Shown: positions 9,120 through 18,535 of the stretch, piece after piece
Numbering within the stretch: the stretch's first letter is position 1
How the letters are laid out: each line of letters starts with the position of its first letter
Assembly: GCA_963790025.1 (NCBI GenBank)
Contig: CAWBMP010000002.1
Location: forward strand, 96,001-160,000
Direction of reading: 5' to 3'
Length of the DNA: 64,000 nucleotides
Source of the DNA: Nitrospirota bacterium
GTDB taxonomy: Bacteria > Nitrospirota > Thermodesulfovibrionia > Thermodesulfovibrionales > Dissulfurispiraceae
The notes under the pieces: generated by a model
Told to the model about the DNA's origin: nothing
Seen by the model: the letters and a program-made list of their open reading frames with translations, nothing else
Databases searched by the model: none
Translations under genes and position numbers: made by a program

Positions 9120-9887
9120 ATGGATACTGTAAAAATCGGTATTATCGGGGGCTCCGGCCTGGACGACCCCCGCATTATGAAAGAAGGCAGGGTGAAAAAG
9201 GTGGCCACCCCTTACGGCAGTCCTTCTTCACCCCTCACCGTGGGTAAGATAAATGGAGTGAATGCAGTTATTCTGGCACGCCACGGCAAAGACCATTCGA
9301 TATATCCTTCTGGCGTTAATTACAGGGCCAATATACATGCACTCAAAAAAGAGGGTTGTACGCATATCCTTGCCACCACGGCTGTAGGGTCTCTGCGAGA
9401 ACGGATTAAGCCCGGGCATTTAGTCTTTGTGGACCAGTTTATCGATTTTACAAAACACAGGCCCCTTACCTTTCACGATAAGAAGGTCATCCACACTCCG
9501 ATGAGCGATCCCTGCTGCGCTATGCTCAGGTCCCTGTTAGTACTTTCTGCAAAGGAACTTAAGCTTAAATACCACGGCGAAGGCACTGTTATAACCATAG
9601 AAGGACCGCGCTTTTCCACGAAAGCGGAATCGCACATGTTCAGAAAGCTGGGGGCTGATGTAATCAATATGTCCACGGTGCCCGAAGTCATACTGGCAAG
9701 GGAGGTTGGAATCTGCTACCAGCCTATTGCAATGTCTACCGATTACGATTGCTGGAAAGAGGGAGAAGAGCCGGTCACATGGGAAATGATTGGCGCCATA
9801 ATGGCAAAAAACGCAGAGAACGTAAAAAAACTTCTTATAACAACTATCGGGAAAATAAAGTACACAGAATGCTCGTGCAAAATATAG
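9120..9887 (+). CDS. mtnP: S-methyl-5'-thioadenosine phosphorylase
   Basis: 'IGIIGGSG', 'LARHG', 'VNYRANI', 'IEGPRFSTKAES', 'TDYDCW'. Confidence 0.95.
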   Translation: MDTVKIGIIGGSGLDDPRIMKEGRVKKVATPYGSPSSPLTVGKINGVNAVILARHGKDHSIYPSGVNYRANIHALKKEGCTHILATTAVGSLRERIKPGHLVFVDQFIDFTKHRPLTFHDKKVIHTPMSDPCCAMLRSLLVLSAKELKLKYHGEGTVITIEGPRFSTKAESHMFRKLGADVINMSTVPEVILAREVGICYQPIAMSTDYDCWKEGEEPVTWEMIGAIMAKNAENVKKLLITTIGKIKYTECSCKI

Positions 9888-9908
9888 TGGCTTAGGAGGG
9901 AAGAAGAC

Positions 9909-10436
9909 ATGCCGATAAAATCGAAAATAAGAACGGTACCCGATTATCCAAAAAAAGGAATTATGTTCAGGGACATTACCACCCTCATTAAGGACCCTGT
10001 AGGGTTCAGGCTGGTTATAGACGGCCTTACGCAACGCTTTATAAAAGAGAACTTTGATGTTATTGTCGGCATAGAGTCAAGAGGGTTTATTATCGGCGGG
10101 GCGCTTTCCTATACACTTGGGAAAGGGTTCGTTCCCGTCAGAAAAGCTGGGAAACTCCCCGCTCAAAAAATAAGCCATGAGTATGCCCTTGAGTACGGGA
10201 CCGATACTATAGAAATGCACACAGATTCGATAACCGATGGGACCAGGGTGCTCCTGATAGATGATCTCCTTGCCACAGGAGGGACAGCTCTTGCTGCAGC
10301 AGCACTGATTGAAAAACTGGGAGGCATCGTTGTTGAAATGGCCTTCATCGTCAATCTGCCCGATGTAGGGGGGTCGGCAAAACTTAAGGCAAAAGGCTAT
10401 AAAGTATATTCGCTGACGGAATTTGAAGGAGACTAA
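9909..10436 (+). CDS. apt: Adenine phosphoribosyltransferase
   Basis: 'PDYPKKGIMFRDIT', 'ESRGF', 'YALEYG', 'IDDLLATGGT'. Confidence 0.97.
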   Translation: MPIKSKIRTVPDYPKKGIMFRDITTLIKDPVGFRLVIDGLTQRFIKENFDVIVGIESRGFIIGGALSYTLGKGFVPVRKAGKLPAQKISHEYALEYGTDTIEMHTDSITDGTRVLLIDDLLATGGTALAAAALIEKLGGIVVEMAFIVNLPDVGGSAKLKAKGYKVYSLTEFEGD

Positions 10437-10453
10437 ATAACAAGTAAAAAGTT

Positions 10454-11098
10454 ATGAAAAAAGTTCTTGCAATAGACGGTCCCTCGGGTTCCGGAAAAAG
10501 CACTATATCGAAGCTTCTGTCGGGGCGTCTGGGATTTCATTTTCTTGACACCGGGGCTCTTTATCGCGCCGTAGCACTGCACTTGAAAAGTGCTAATCTG
10601 CCGCCGGAACCCGGCGAAGCTGCGGTCCGCAGTGCACTGGACGGCCTGTCGGTATATTTTAAAGACGACCGGGTTTTTCTGAATGACAGAGACGTATCCG
10701 ATGAGATCAGGACTCCCGAGGCAGGACACTATGCTTCTGTTTTTTCGGCACGAAAGGCAGTAAGGGACTTCCTGCTTCAGATACAGCGCGATGCAGCACT
10801 CCACAATGATATTGTCGCCGAAGGAAGGGATATGACGACTGTTGTCTTTCCCGATGCATGGAGGAAATTCTATCTTGACGCTTCTGAAGAGAGCAGGGCC
10901 CAAAGAAGATACTTGCAATTAAGTGGAAAAGGGCTATCCATAACCATAGAAGAGGCGCTGAAAGATATCACCGACAGGGACAAACGAGACAGCCAGCGTG
11001 ACATCGCACCGCTTAAAAGGGCAGAGGATGCCATTTATATTGATACAACAAATATGACTCTGGAAGAAGTTGCCGCCGCTATTTTGTCTTATTTATAG
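10454..11098 (+). CDS. cmk: Cytidylate kinase
   Basis: 'IDGPSGSGKST', 'DTGALYR', 'EGRDMTTVVFPDA'. Confidence 0.96.
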   Translation: MKKVLAIDGPSGSGKSTISKLLSGRLGFHFLDTGALYRAVALHLKSANLPPEPGEAAVRSALDGLSVYFKDDRVFLNDRDVSDEIRTPEAGHYASVFSARKAVRDFLLQIQRDAALHNDIVAEGRDMTTVVFPDAWRKFYLDASEESRAQRRYLQLSGKGLSITIEEALKDITDRDKRDSQRDIAPLKRAEDAIYIDTTNMTLEEVAAAILSYL

Positions 11099-11184
11099 AT
11101 GAATAAATGGGTATATGAGAATATGACTTAAAATCGATCTGCTCTTAAGCCCATCTGTTCATTCACTCATATACTCATTCACTT
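11098..11184. repeat. Degenerate octamer (GAGTGAAT-like) repeats in an inverted pair
   Basis: Left arm AATGGGTATATGAGAATATGA; right arm TCATTCACTCATATACTCATTCACTT. Same unit as 35415-35513. Confidence 0.65.
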
Positions 11185-11232
11185 ATTTATAACACCTTGA
11201 ATAGTCTGTGCAAAATTCTGTATCCTACAAGT

Positions 11233-12135
11233 ATGAGGAATCAAGTTAAGGTTATAACGGCAAAAAGGGCCGGGTTCTGCTTCGGAGTAAAAAGGGCGGT
11301 TGACATGGCGTTCAACACCGCACAAAGCAGCAGCAATGTTTATACGCTGGGACCAATAATCCACAATCCCCAGGTCATTGAAAAATTGATATCCGAGGGT
11401 GTTAAGCCTACGAGTACCATTGATATCGTCGACATCAAAGCGCTAATCATAAGAACGCACGGCGTTCCGCGGGATATTTTGGAAAAATTGGGTCAAAAAT
11501 CCTATAAAGTCATTGATGCCACATGTCCTTTCGTGAAAAAGGCACAGCAATATGCTAAACTTTTAATGGAAGCGGGTTATCAGGTCGTCATTATCGGAGA
11601 CAAGGAACACCCCGAAGTGAAGGGGCTCATGAGTTATGCTGGTAAGGACGTCGTCGTGATCAATCGTGGAAAGAAGCTTCCTAAGCTGAAAAATAAGGTC
11701 GGGGTTGTAGTGCAAACAACCCAGCCTCTGTCGCTTTTAAAAGAAATTATGCTTGAAATGCTTGAGCACGTCAAGGAAATCAAGGTCTATAATACAATTT
11801 GCAATTCTACAGCGCTCAGGCTTAAAGAGACAAAGCAGATGGCAAAGGCAGTTGATATGGTGCTTGTTGTAGGCGGCAAGAATAGCGCCAACACGACACA
11901 GCTTGCCAATCTCTGCAATTCCATGTCGGTCCTCACATATCACATAGAGACCGCCTCCGAAATTAGGGAGGAATGGTTTTCCGGCGTGCAGAGCGTGGGC
12001 ATTACCGCCGGAGCTTCGACACCTGATTGGATCATCAAAGAGGTACAAGAAAGAATTAGAGATAGAGGAGGAAGGGCGCCTAATGGATACCCAGACAAAG
12101 GAAGAAACAAAAGAACTCGAAAAGCTATATGCTGA
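11233..12135 (+). CDS. ispH: 4-hydroxy-3-methylbut-2-enyl diphosphate reductase
   Basis: 'AGFCFGVKRA', 'IIHN', 'DATCPFV', 'NTICNST', 'TAGASTP'; overlaps rpsA by 53 nt. Confidence 0.95.
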   Translation: MRNQVKVITAKRAGFCFGVKRAVDMAFNTAQSSSNVYTLGPIIHNPQVIEKLISEGVKPTSTIDIVDIKALIIRTHGVPRDILEKLGQKSYKVIDATCPFVKKAQQYAKLLMEAGYQVVIIGDKEHPEVKGLMSYAGKDVVVINRGKKLPKLKNKVGVVVQTTQPLSLLKEIMLEMLEHVKEIKVYNTICNSTALRLKETKQMAKAVDMVLVVGGKNSANTTQLANLCNSMSVLTYHIETASEIREEWFSGVQSVGITAGASTPDWIIKEVQERIRDRGGRAPNGYPDKGRNKRTRKAIC

Positions 12136-13687
12136 AACGCTACACCGGGTAGAGAGAGGGTCAGTCACAAAGGGACGCATTATCTCGGTGAGAAGTGATA
12201 CAGTCGTCGTAGATGTCGGATATAAATCTGAAGGTATAATCCCGGCCTCGGAGTTTACAGAAGAAGACCTCGCAAAGCTTAAAGAGGGAGATGAAATAGA
12301 CGTCTTAGTCGAGAGAATAAACGATGAGGAGGGGGTCGTAATACTCTCAAAGGACAAGGCGCTGAAAATAAGGTCCCTTGAGGTCTTGACTGCCGCTTTT
12401 AACAATCATGAACGGATCGATGGCAGGATTATTGAGAAAACAAAGGGCGGATTGTTTGCCGATGTAATGGGCACAAAGGCATTTCTGCCGGCTTCCCAGA
12501 TAGATATTAAAGGAGTAAGAGACCTTGACGCCTATATTGGCCGGGTAGTTCCCCTGAAAATACTTAAACTGGTCCCGCAAAAAAGTTACTCCGGCCAAAC
12601 CTCTGGGCTTTCCATAATTGTATCACGACGGGTCGTCATCGAGGAGGAAAGAAACAATAAGAAGAAAGACACGCTTAAAGTCCTTAAAGAGGGCGCGCTC
12701 CTTAAAGGAACAGTGAAAAACATAACCGACTACGGCGTTTTCATCGACCTCGGCGGCATAGACGGGCTGCTTCATATATCGGACATATCATGGAGAAGGG
12801 TCAATCACCCTTCCGAGTTTTTCGCTCTTGGGAATGAGACAGAGTTTGTTGTCATCAAATTTGATGAACAATCGCAGAAAGTGACCCTGGGATACAAACA
12901 GAAAATAGCCGATCCCTGGCTGACAGTTGCCGAGAAATTCAAGCCCGGCATGAAGATAAAGGGCAAAGTGGTAACCATTGCCGACTACGGAGTTTTCATA
13001 GAAATCGAAGAGGGACTCGAGGGGCTCGTGCACGTTTCGGAACTGGATTGGGCCCCGCGCCTTAAACATCCCTCAAAGTATGTTTCGGTCGGCAGCGAGG
13101 TGGAGGCGGTCGTATTAAGTATTAACAAGGAGGAGAGACGTCTGTCTCTAAGCATCAAACAGCTCTCGCCAAAACCATGGGATATCGTGGGCGCGCAGTA
13201 CAAAGTTGGAGATATCGTTACAGGAAAAATCAAAACGATCACCGATTTCGGAGCATTTATGAGGCTCCCCGAGGGCGTAGACGGGTTGATTCACATTTCC
13301 GACCTTTCCTGGACCAAACACATCAAGCATCCGTCTGAAGCACTCAAGAAGGGCCAGAAGATAGACGCTGTCGTACTAAGCATCGATCCCGAAAAGGAGC
13401 GGATGGCCCTCGGCATAAAGCAATTGTCACCCGATCCATGGCAAAATGAAATACCGGCAAAATTCAAACTTGGCGCGGAGTTTAAAGGAAGAGTATTAAG
13501 GGTCACCGATTTCGGCATGTTTGTCGAACTGGAAGGAGACGTTGAGGGGCTTGTCTACTCGTCGGAGATAGATACCTCGAAAGAGATAAAAGAGGACAGT
13601 GAGATTAATGTAAGAATCATAAAATTAAATATTGAGGACAGGAAAATAGGCCTCAGCATGAAAAACCTTAAAACATATGAAAGCTAA
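12083..13687 (+). CDS. rpsA: 30S ribosomal protein S1
   Basis: Repeated S1 domains ('DVGYKSEG', 'TDYGVFIDLGGIDGLLHISD'); GAGGAGG RBS. Confidence 0.96.
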   Translation: MDTQTKEETKELEKLYAETLHRVERGSVTKGRIISVRSDTVVVDVGYKSEGIIPASEFTEEDLAKLKEGDEIDVLVERINDEEGVVILSKDKALKIRSLEVLTAAFNNHERIDGRIIEKTKGGLFADVMGTKAFLPASQIDIKGVRDLDAYIGRVVPLKILKLVPQKSYSGQTSGLSIIVSRRVVIEEERNNKKKDTLKVLKEGALLKGTVKNITDYGVFIDLGGIDGLLHISDISWRRVNHPSEFFALGNETEFVVIKFDEQSQKVTLGYKQKIADPWLTVAEKFKPGMKIKGKVVTIADYGVFIEIEEGLEGLVHVSELDWAPRLKHPSKYVSVGSEVEAVVLSINKEERRLSLSIKQLSPKPWDIVGAQYKVGDIVTGKIKTITDFGAFMRLPEGVDGLIHISDLSWTKHIKHPSEALKKGQKIDAVVLSIDPEKERMALGIKQLSPDPWQNEIPAKFKLGAEFKGRVLRVTDFGMFVELEGDVEGLVYSSEIDTSKEIKEDSEINVRIIKLNIEDRKIGLSMKNLKTYES

Positions 13688-14531
13688 GAAAATCTTTATT
13701 TTTATTGCAGCCTTTATTTTGTTTCTGCTTGTTTTAAGCTCTTTTTTAACATTTTTTCAGCGCAAGATATCCTTTGGCAACAAGGTGGCAATAGTTAGGA
13801 TTGAAGGACCTATCATAGAGGCAAAATCAATTATCGATGAAATAGACGGCTATGCAAAAGACAGCTCAATAAAAGCCATCGTTCTAAGAGTTAACAGCCC
13901 CGGGGGCGGTGTCGTCCCTTCACAAGAAATATATGACGGGGTAAAAAAGGCCGCCGCCCTAAAAAAAGTTGTCGTGTCGATGGGTTCGGTTGCTGCATCA
14001 GGCGGTTACTATATTTCTGCACCCGCAACGAAAATAGTCGCTAATCCCGGCACTATTACGGGCTCCATAGGAGTAATTATGGAAGTGCCCAATGTTAAAG
14101 GACTTATGGATAAGCTGGGATTGAAAACAGAAGTTATAAAGAGCGGTAAACATAAAGATATTGCCTCTCCTTTTAGAAGCATAGGCGCAGAGGAGCGGGA
14201 GATACTGCAGAGCGTTATGGACGATGTCCACGAACAGTTTATAGCAGCAGTATCCGCGGGGAGAAAGCTTTCTGTTGAAGCTGTGCGAAAAATCGCTGAC
14301 GGCAGGGTATTTTCCGGAAGACAGGCAATAAAAGCTGGACTCGTGGATGAGCTTGGAGACCTCGATTACGCGGTCAAGGCTGCCGCCCGTATGGCAGGAA
14401 TAAAAGGGGAGCCCGAAATAGTAACCAAGAAGGAAAAGTCTTCCCTTTTGGACCTGTTTAGGAGCGAGATACATGAAAGCGTGTCAAAGTTACTCCCCTC
14501 ACTGGAACTAAAATACATGTATGTACCGTAA
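13677..14531 (+). CDS. sppA: Signal peptide peptidase SppA (36K type)
   Basis: 'NSPGG', 'AASGGYY', 'TGSIGV', N-terminal TM. Confidence 0.95.
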   Translation: MKAKKIFIFIAAFILFLLVLSSFLTFFQRKISFGNKVAIVRIEGPIIEAKSIIDEIDGYAKDSSIKAIVLRVNSPGGGVVPSQEIYDGVKKAAALKKVVVSMGSVAASGGYYISAPATKIVANPGTITGSIGVIMEVPNVKGLMDKLGLKTEVIKSGKHKDIASPFRSIGAEEREILQSVMDDVHEQFIAAVSAGRKLSVEAVRKIADGRVFSGRQAIKAGLVDELGDLDYAVKAAARMAGIKGEPEIVTKKEKSSLLDLFRSEIHESVSKLLPSLELKYMYVP

Positions 14532-14541
14532 AGAAAATAAC

Positions 14542-14610
14542 AGGCAATAGGCAATAGGCTATGGAAGAAATTTTATGCCCTATAACCTATTGCCTATCGC
14601 CAATTGCTTA
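14542..14610. repeat. Heptamer (AGGCAAT / CCTATTG) tandem repeats in an inverted pair
   Basis: AGGCAATAGGCAATAGGCTAT ... CCTATAACCTATTGCCTATCGCCAATTGCTTA between sppA and ihfB. Confidence 0.7.
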
Positions 14611-14640
14611 TAGTTTACTAATTATTTACGGAGGAGAGAA

Positions 14641-14934
14641 ATGACAAAATCGGTATTAATTGAAAAGATGACGGAGAAAATCGAAGGCCTTACTAAAAAA
14701 CAGGTTGAAACCATTATTAACACAATATTCGATGGAATGAAAGATGCCCTCGCCCGTGGTGAAAAAATTGAAATCAGAGGCTTCGGAAATTTCAGAATAA
14801 AACAAAGAAACGCAAAGATTGCGAGAAACCCGAGGACCGGTGAAAAAGTCGAAGTGCCCTCAAAGAAAGTATTGCATTTTAAGCTGGGCAAGCCCTTTCA
14901 TGATGCACTTAACGGGCCGTCACAGGAGAAGTAA
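14641..14934 (+). CDS. ihfB: Integration host factor beta / HU family protein
   Basis: 'MTKSVLI', 'IEIRGFGNF', 'ARNPRTGEKV'; rpsA-sppA-ihfB synteny. Confidence 0.88.
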   Translation: MTKSVLIEKMTEKIEGLTKKQVETIINTIFDGMKDALARGEKIEIRGFGNFRIKQRNAKIARNPRTGEKVEVPSKKVLHFKLGKPFHDALNGPSQEK

Positions 14935-14953
14935 TCTTCTGAGATGACCCCTT

Positions 14954-15949
14954 GTGATGGTTGGGATGCCCTGTCTTCTGGATATTAAAAACCTCTCGGT
15001 ATCGTTCTCCACCGATATAGGGGCTTTGAAAGTCGTTTCCGGCATTTCGCTTGAGATAAAGAAATCCGAGGTTTTCGGGTTAGCGGGCGAAAGCGGCTGC
15101 GGCAAGAGCCTTACTGCCTTATCTATTCTGAATATCCTCCCCCCGTATGCGTATACCGAAGGAGAAATATTCTTCAATGACAGAAATCTTTTGATACTTA
15201 GCGACGATGAAATGCGGCAAATACGGGGAAAAGACATTTCTATGGTTTTTCAGGAGCCTATGACCTCGCTTAATCCTGTATTGACAGTTGGTTACCAGGT
15301 AGCTGAAGTGCTGATTACCCATTTGAGCATATCTAAAAAAGAGGCAATGGGCAAAGCCGTTGAATTATTGCGGGCGGTAAAAATACCGGCCCCTGAATCG
15401 AGGGTCAAAGATTATCCCCACCAGTTGTCCGGAGGAATGCGGCAGCGTGTAATGATTGCAATGGCAATAGCCTGTAACCCTTCCCTCCTTATCGCGGACG
15501 AGCCGACTACTGCGCTGGACGTAACTATACAGGCACAGATACTTTCGCTTCTCCAGGAGTTAAGAAGGGAAAGGCATATGGCGGTCCTCCTCATTACTCA
15601 CGATCTGAGCATCATTTCCGAACAAGCAGACAGAGTTGCAATAATGTATGCCGGAAGAATAATGGAACTTGCCGGCGTGCGGGAACTATTCGAGAACGCC
15701 TCGCATCCCTATACGGTCGGCCTTCTTGAATCACTTCCGGTTTCAAGGGGCACAGCCCTGAAACCTATAGCGGGTTTCGTCCCTTCGCCAGGGCATTTGC
15801 CTGAAGGATGCAAATTCTCCGACAGGTGCTTTGCTATGGTCCCCGAATGCAGGAGGGCAGAGCCCCAGCTGGAGAAGATTGTCGATAAACATTATGTACG
15901 ATGCATTCGCTGGGAAGAGGTGCAAAAGGGTATAGTGGTATCGGGATGA
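14954..15949 (+). CDS. oppD: Oligo/dipeptide ABC transporter ATP-binding protein (OppD/DppD)
   Basis: GESGCGKS, 'YPHQLSGGMRQR', 'ADEPTTALD', HPYT and C-terminal GCxFxxRC. Confidence 0.9.
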   Translation: MMVGMPCLLDIKNLSVSFSTDIGALKVVSGISLEIKKSEVFGLAGESGCGKSLTALSILNILPPYAYTEGEIFFNDRNLLILSDDEMRQIRGKDISMVFQEPMTSLNPVLTVGYQVAEVLITHLSISKKEAMGKAVELLRAVKIPAPESRVKDYPHQLSGGMRQRVMIAMAIACNPSLLIADEPTTALDVTIQAQILSLLQELRRERHMAVLLITHDLSIISEQADRVAIMYAGRIMELAGVRELFENASHPYTVGLLESLPVSRGTALKPIAGFVPSPGHLPEGCKFSDRCFAMVPECRRAEPQLEKIVDKHYVRCIRWEEVQKGIVVSG

Positions 15950-16743
15950 CGCCTTTATTGACTGTCGATTCTATCAGGAAGCATTTCCCCGTGAGGACCG
16001 GCCCTGGCAAGCCGGAAAAATGGATTAAGGCCGTTGACGGCATAAGCTTCGAGGTAAAAAGAGACCGTGTGTTTGCTATTGTCGGTGAGAGCGGGTGCGG
16101 TAAATCGACAGTGGCGAGAATGATACTGAAGCTGCTACGGCCGACTGAAGGAGCAATTTTTTTCAAAGGTGAAAACATTGCAGGATTTAGCGGTGAGAAC
16201 CTCAAACAGTTCAGAAGGTCTGTTCAGATAGTATTCCAGGACCCCTTTGCGTCACTTAATCCGCGGATGAGAATTATTGACACGTTATCAGAGCCCTTAA
16301 AGATCCATAATATCCTTCCTAAGAATGATATTCCAAACAGAGTAGTACAGCTTTTGGATCAGGTGGGTCTTAATAAGGACGCCTTATACCGGTATCCCCA
16401 CGAGTTCAGCGGCGGACAGCGTCAGCGGGTCTGCATTGCGCGGGCACTTGCACTTTCACCAGAATTGATTATTGCAGACGAACCGCTTTCTGCACTCGAT
16501 GTCTCGATCCAGGCACAAATTCTCAATCTCTTCGATAAAATCAGGAAGACTTCGGCCATATCCTTTATCTTTATAAGTCATGATCTGAAGGTTGTACGCT
16601 ACTTCAGCGATGAAGTAGCCGTTATGCACCTGGGCAAAATAGTTGAACAGGCCAAAACCGAAGATCTGTTCCGGTCACCGGGACATCCCTACACAGAATT
16701 GCTGCTGTCTTCAGCACCGAAAATAAAGTATATGCGTAAATAA
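15946..16743 (+). CDS. oppF: Oligo/dipeptide ABC transporter ATP-binding protein (OppF/DppF), short C-terminus
   Basis: GESGCGKST, 'YPHEFSGGQRQR', 'HPYT'; ATGA overlap with oppD; lacks the Cys-containing tail. Confidence 0.88.
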   Translation: MTPLLTVDSIRKHFPVRTGPGKPEKWIKAVDGISFEVKRDRVFAIVGESGCGKSTVARMILKLLRPTEGAIFFKGENIAGFSGENLKQFRRSVQIVFQDPFASLNPRMRIIDTLSEPLKIHNILPKNDIPNRVVQLLDQVGLNKDALYRYPHEFSGGQRQRVCIARALALSPELIIADEPLSALDVSIQAQILNLFDKIRKTSAISFIFISHDLKVVRYFSDEVAVMHLGKIVEQAKTEDLFRSPGHPYTELLLSSAPKIKYMRK

Positions 16744-16835
16744 GCATACAGCGTTCAGGATACTGCGTTCCAGGGACAACTCAAGAAACTTAATTTTAGG
16801 ATTTTAAGATTTCAGAAAGCTGAACGCTGTATGCT
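16743..16835. repeat. 16-bp perfect inverted repeat spanning the gap between convergent genes
   Basis: AGCATACAGCGTTCAG (16743-16758) and CTGAACGCTGTATGCT (16820-16835). Confidence 0.8.
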
Positions 16836-17443
16836 CATTTATTAATATACCCTTCTATTTTCCTGACCAGTTCAGGATCGGTCCAGTTTTCTTCCCCGAA
16901 GTACTTCTCCACAATTACGCCTTTCTTATCGATCAGGTAGCTCGTAGGCAGTGCAAACACTTTATAAAGAAATTTTGACACAGAAAGACTCTCATCAACC
17001 AGCACGGTAAAGTCTGCAGATTCTCCCTTCAGAAACTCCCTGACATCCGCAACTGAACGATCAGTGGAAACTGCAATAATTGAGAATTTCCTGTTTTTAA
17101 ACTGCCGGCCCAACTTATTCATAGAAGGCATCTCCTCTTTGCAGGCCGGACACCAAGTTGCCCAAAAGTTCAGCAGCACCACCCTGCCTTTATAAGAAGA
17201 CAAGGAGAAAGCAACGCCCTTTACATCTTTTAATGTAAAATCAGGGGCCCGTTGGTTAGTTAGCTTATCTGCTGCAAATGGAGAGGGGTTTGCAGCAAAA
17301 GCAGAAGGCCGCGAAAAATAGAAAGTAAGCAGCAGGCAGCAGGCAGCCAGCAGCGCACAGAACACAGAATTCAGACGGCAACAAACAATACAAAGCAAAC
17401 GGAAACCTGACCACAACTTTCTTGTCGCTTGTTTTTTGTTCAT
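16835..17443 (-). CDS. TlpA/ResA-family thiol-disulfide oxidoreductase
   Basis: 'APDFTL', 'LNFWATWCPACKEEMP', 'LPTSYLID'; start uncertain (17443 or 17455). Confidence 0.9.
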   Translation of the reverse strand: MNKKQATRKLWSGFRLLCIVCCRLNSVFCALLAACCLLLTFYFSRPSAFAANPSPFAADKLTNQRAPDFTLKDVKGVAFSLSSYKGRVVLLNFWATWCPACKEEMPSMNKLGRQFKNRKFSIIAVSTDRSVADVREFLKGESADFTVLVDESLSVSKFLYKVFALPTSYLIDKKGVIVEKYFGEENWTDPELVRKIEGYINK

Positions 17444-17500
17444 CCTTCCGCCCACTATTTTCTTTTGTCTTCTGCCTACTGCTTACTGCCTACTATTTTC

Positions 17501-18373
17501 TTATATGAGCCCTGCACTTTTCAGCACACCTTTCAGTTTCTCTTTGTTTCCAGGGGACATCTCGCAGAGAGGGAGCCTTATTTCCTCCCTTATCTTTCCC
17601 ATGAGAGCCAGGGCCGTTTTTACAGGAATAGGGTTCGTCTCGATAAACATAGCTGCATTCAGGGGTTCAAGTTTGAAATGTAGCTGTTTCGCCTTTGCAA
17701 TATCGCCCTTTTCCCAGGCATTCACCATATCGGCTACATCTTTCGGAGCAATGTTACCCGTAACCGAAATAACACCTCTGCCGCCGAGAGCCAGCATAGG
17801 GAAAGTACTGAAATCATCTCCGGAAATAACGGCAAGCCTGTCACCGCAAAGCCTGATGAGGTCACTCGCCTGTCTAATGTCGCCGGTTGCTTCCTTAATG
17901 CCGATGATATTGTCGAATTCAAGAAGCCTTGCCACAGTCGCAGGCAGCATATTTACAGCGGTCCTTCCCGGGACATTATAAAGAATTATCGGGATGTCCA
18001 CAGCCTTTGCAATAGCCTTGAAATGGAGGAAAAGACCCTCTTGCGTAGGTTTATTATAATACGGCGTAACGATCAGGGCTGCGTCGGCGCCCAGTTTTTG
18101 GGCCTTCCTGGTGATTTGTATCGCCTCATCCGTCGAATTGGCTCCGGTGCCGGCAATAACCGGTATTTTTTTATTAGCGGCTTTTACAGCGACCTCGATG
18201 ACCCGGTAATGCTCATCAAAGTCAAGGGTAGCAGCCTCTCCAGTAGACCCGCAAGGCACAATGCCATGGGTGCCCTCAGTGATATGCCAATGGATCAGAT
18301 TACGGTAGGCCTTTTCATCAAATTTACCTTCCTTAAACGGTGTTACCAGTGCAACGAAGGAACCGTTAAACAT
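17501..18373 (-). CDS. dapA: 4-hydroxy-tetrahydrodipicolinate synthase
   Basis: 'ALVTPF', 'GSTGE', 'PYYNKP', 'LYNVPGRT', 'IKEATG'. Confidence 0.97.
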   Translation of the reverse strand: MFNGSFVALVTPFKEGKFDEKAYRNLIHWHITEGTHGIVPCGSTGEAATLDFDEHYRVIEVAVKAANKKIPVIAGTGANSTDEAIQITRKAQKLGADAALIVTPYYNKPTQEGLFLHFKAIAKAVDIPIILYNVPGRTAVNMLPATVARLLEFDNIIGIKEATGDIRQASDLIRLCGDRLAVISGDDFSTFPMLALGGRGVISVTGNIAPKDVADMVNAWEKGDIAKAKQLHFKLEPLNAAMFIETNPIPVKTALALMGKIREEIRLPLCEMSPGNKEKLKGVLKSAGLI

Positions 18374-18535
18374 GTACGACCTCCTTCAAAAAATAAGCTG
18401 TGGGCCATCAGTAAAAAAACTACCACTCGCCACCTAATAACCCATGTACTGTATTATATATTTTAATTCTGCGTTTTCCTATGGCCTCTCTTTTGTGCCT
18501 TGCTCCCGGCGCCTCTTGTCCATCTTTTGTTTTTT

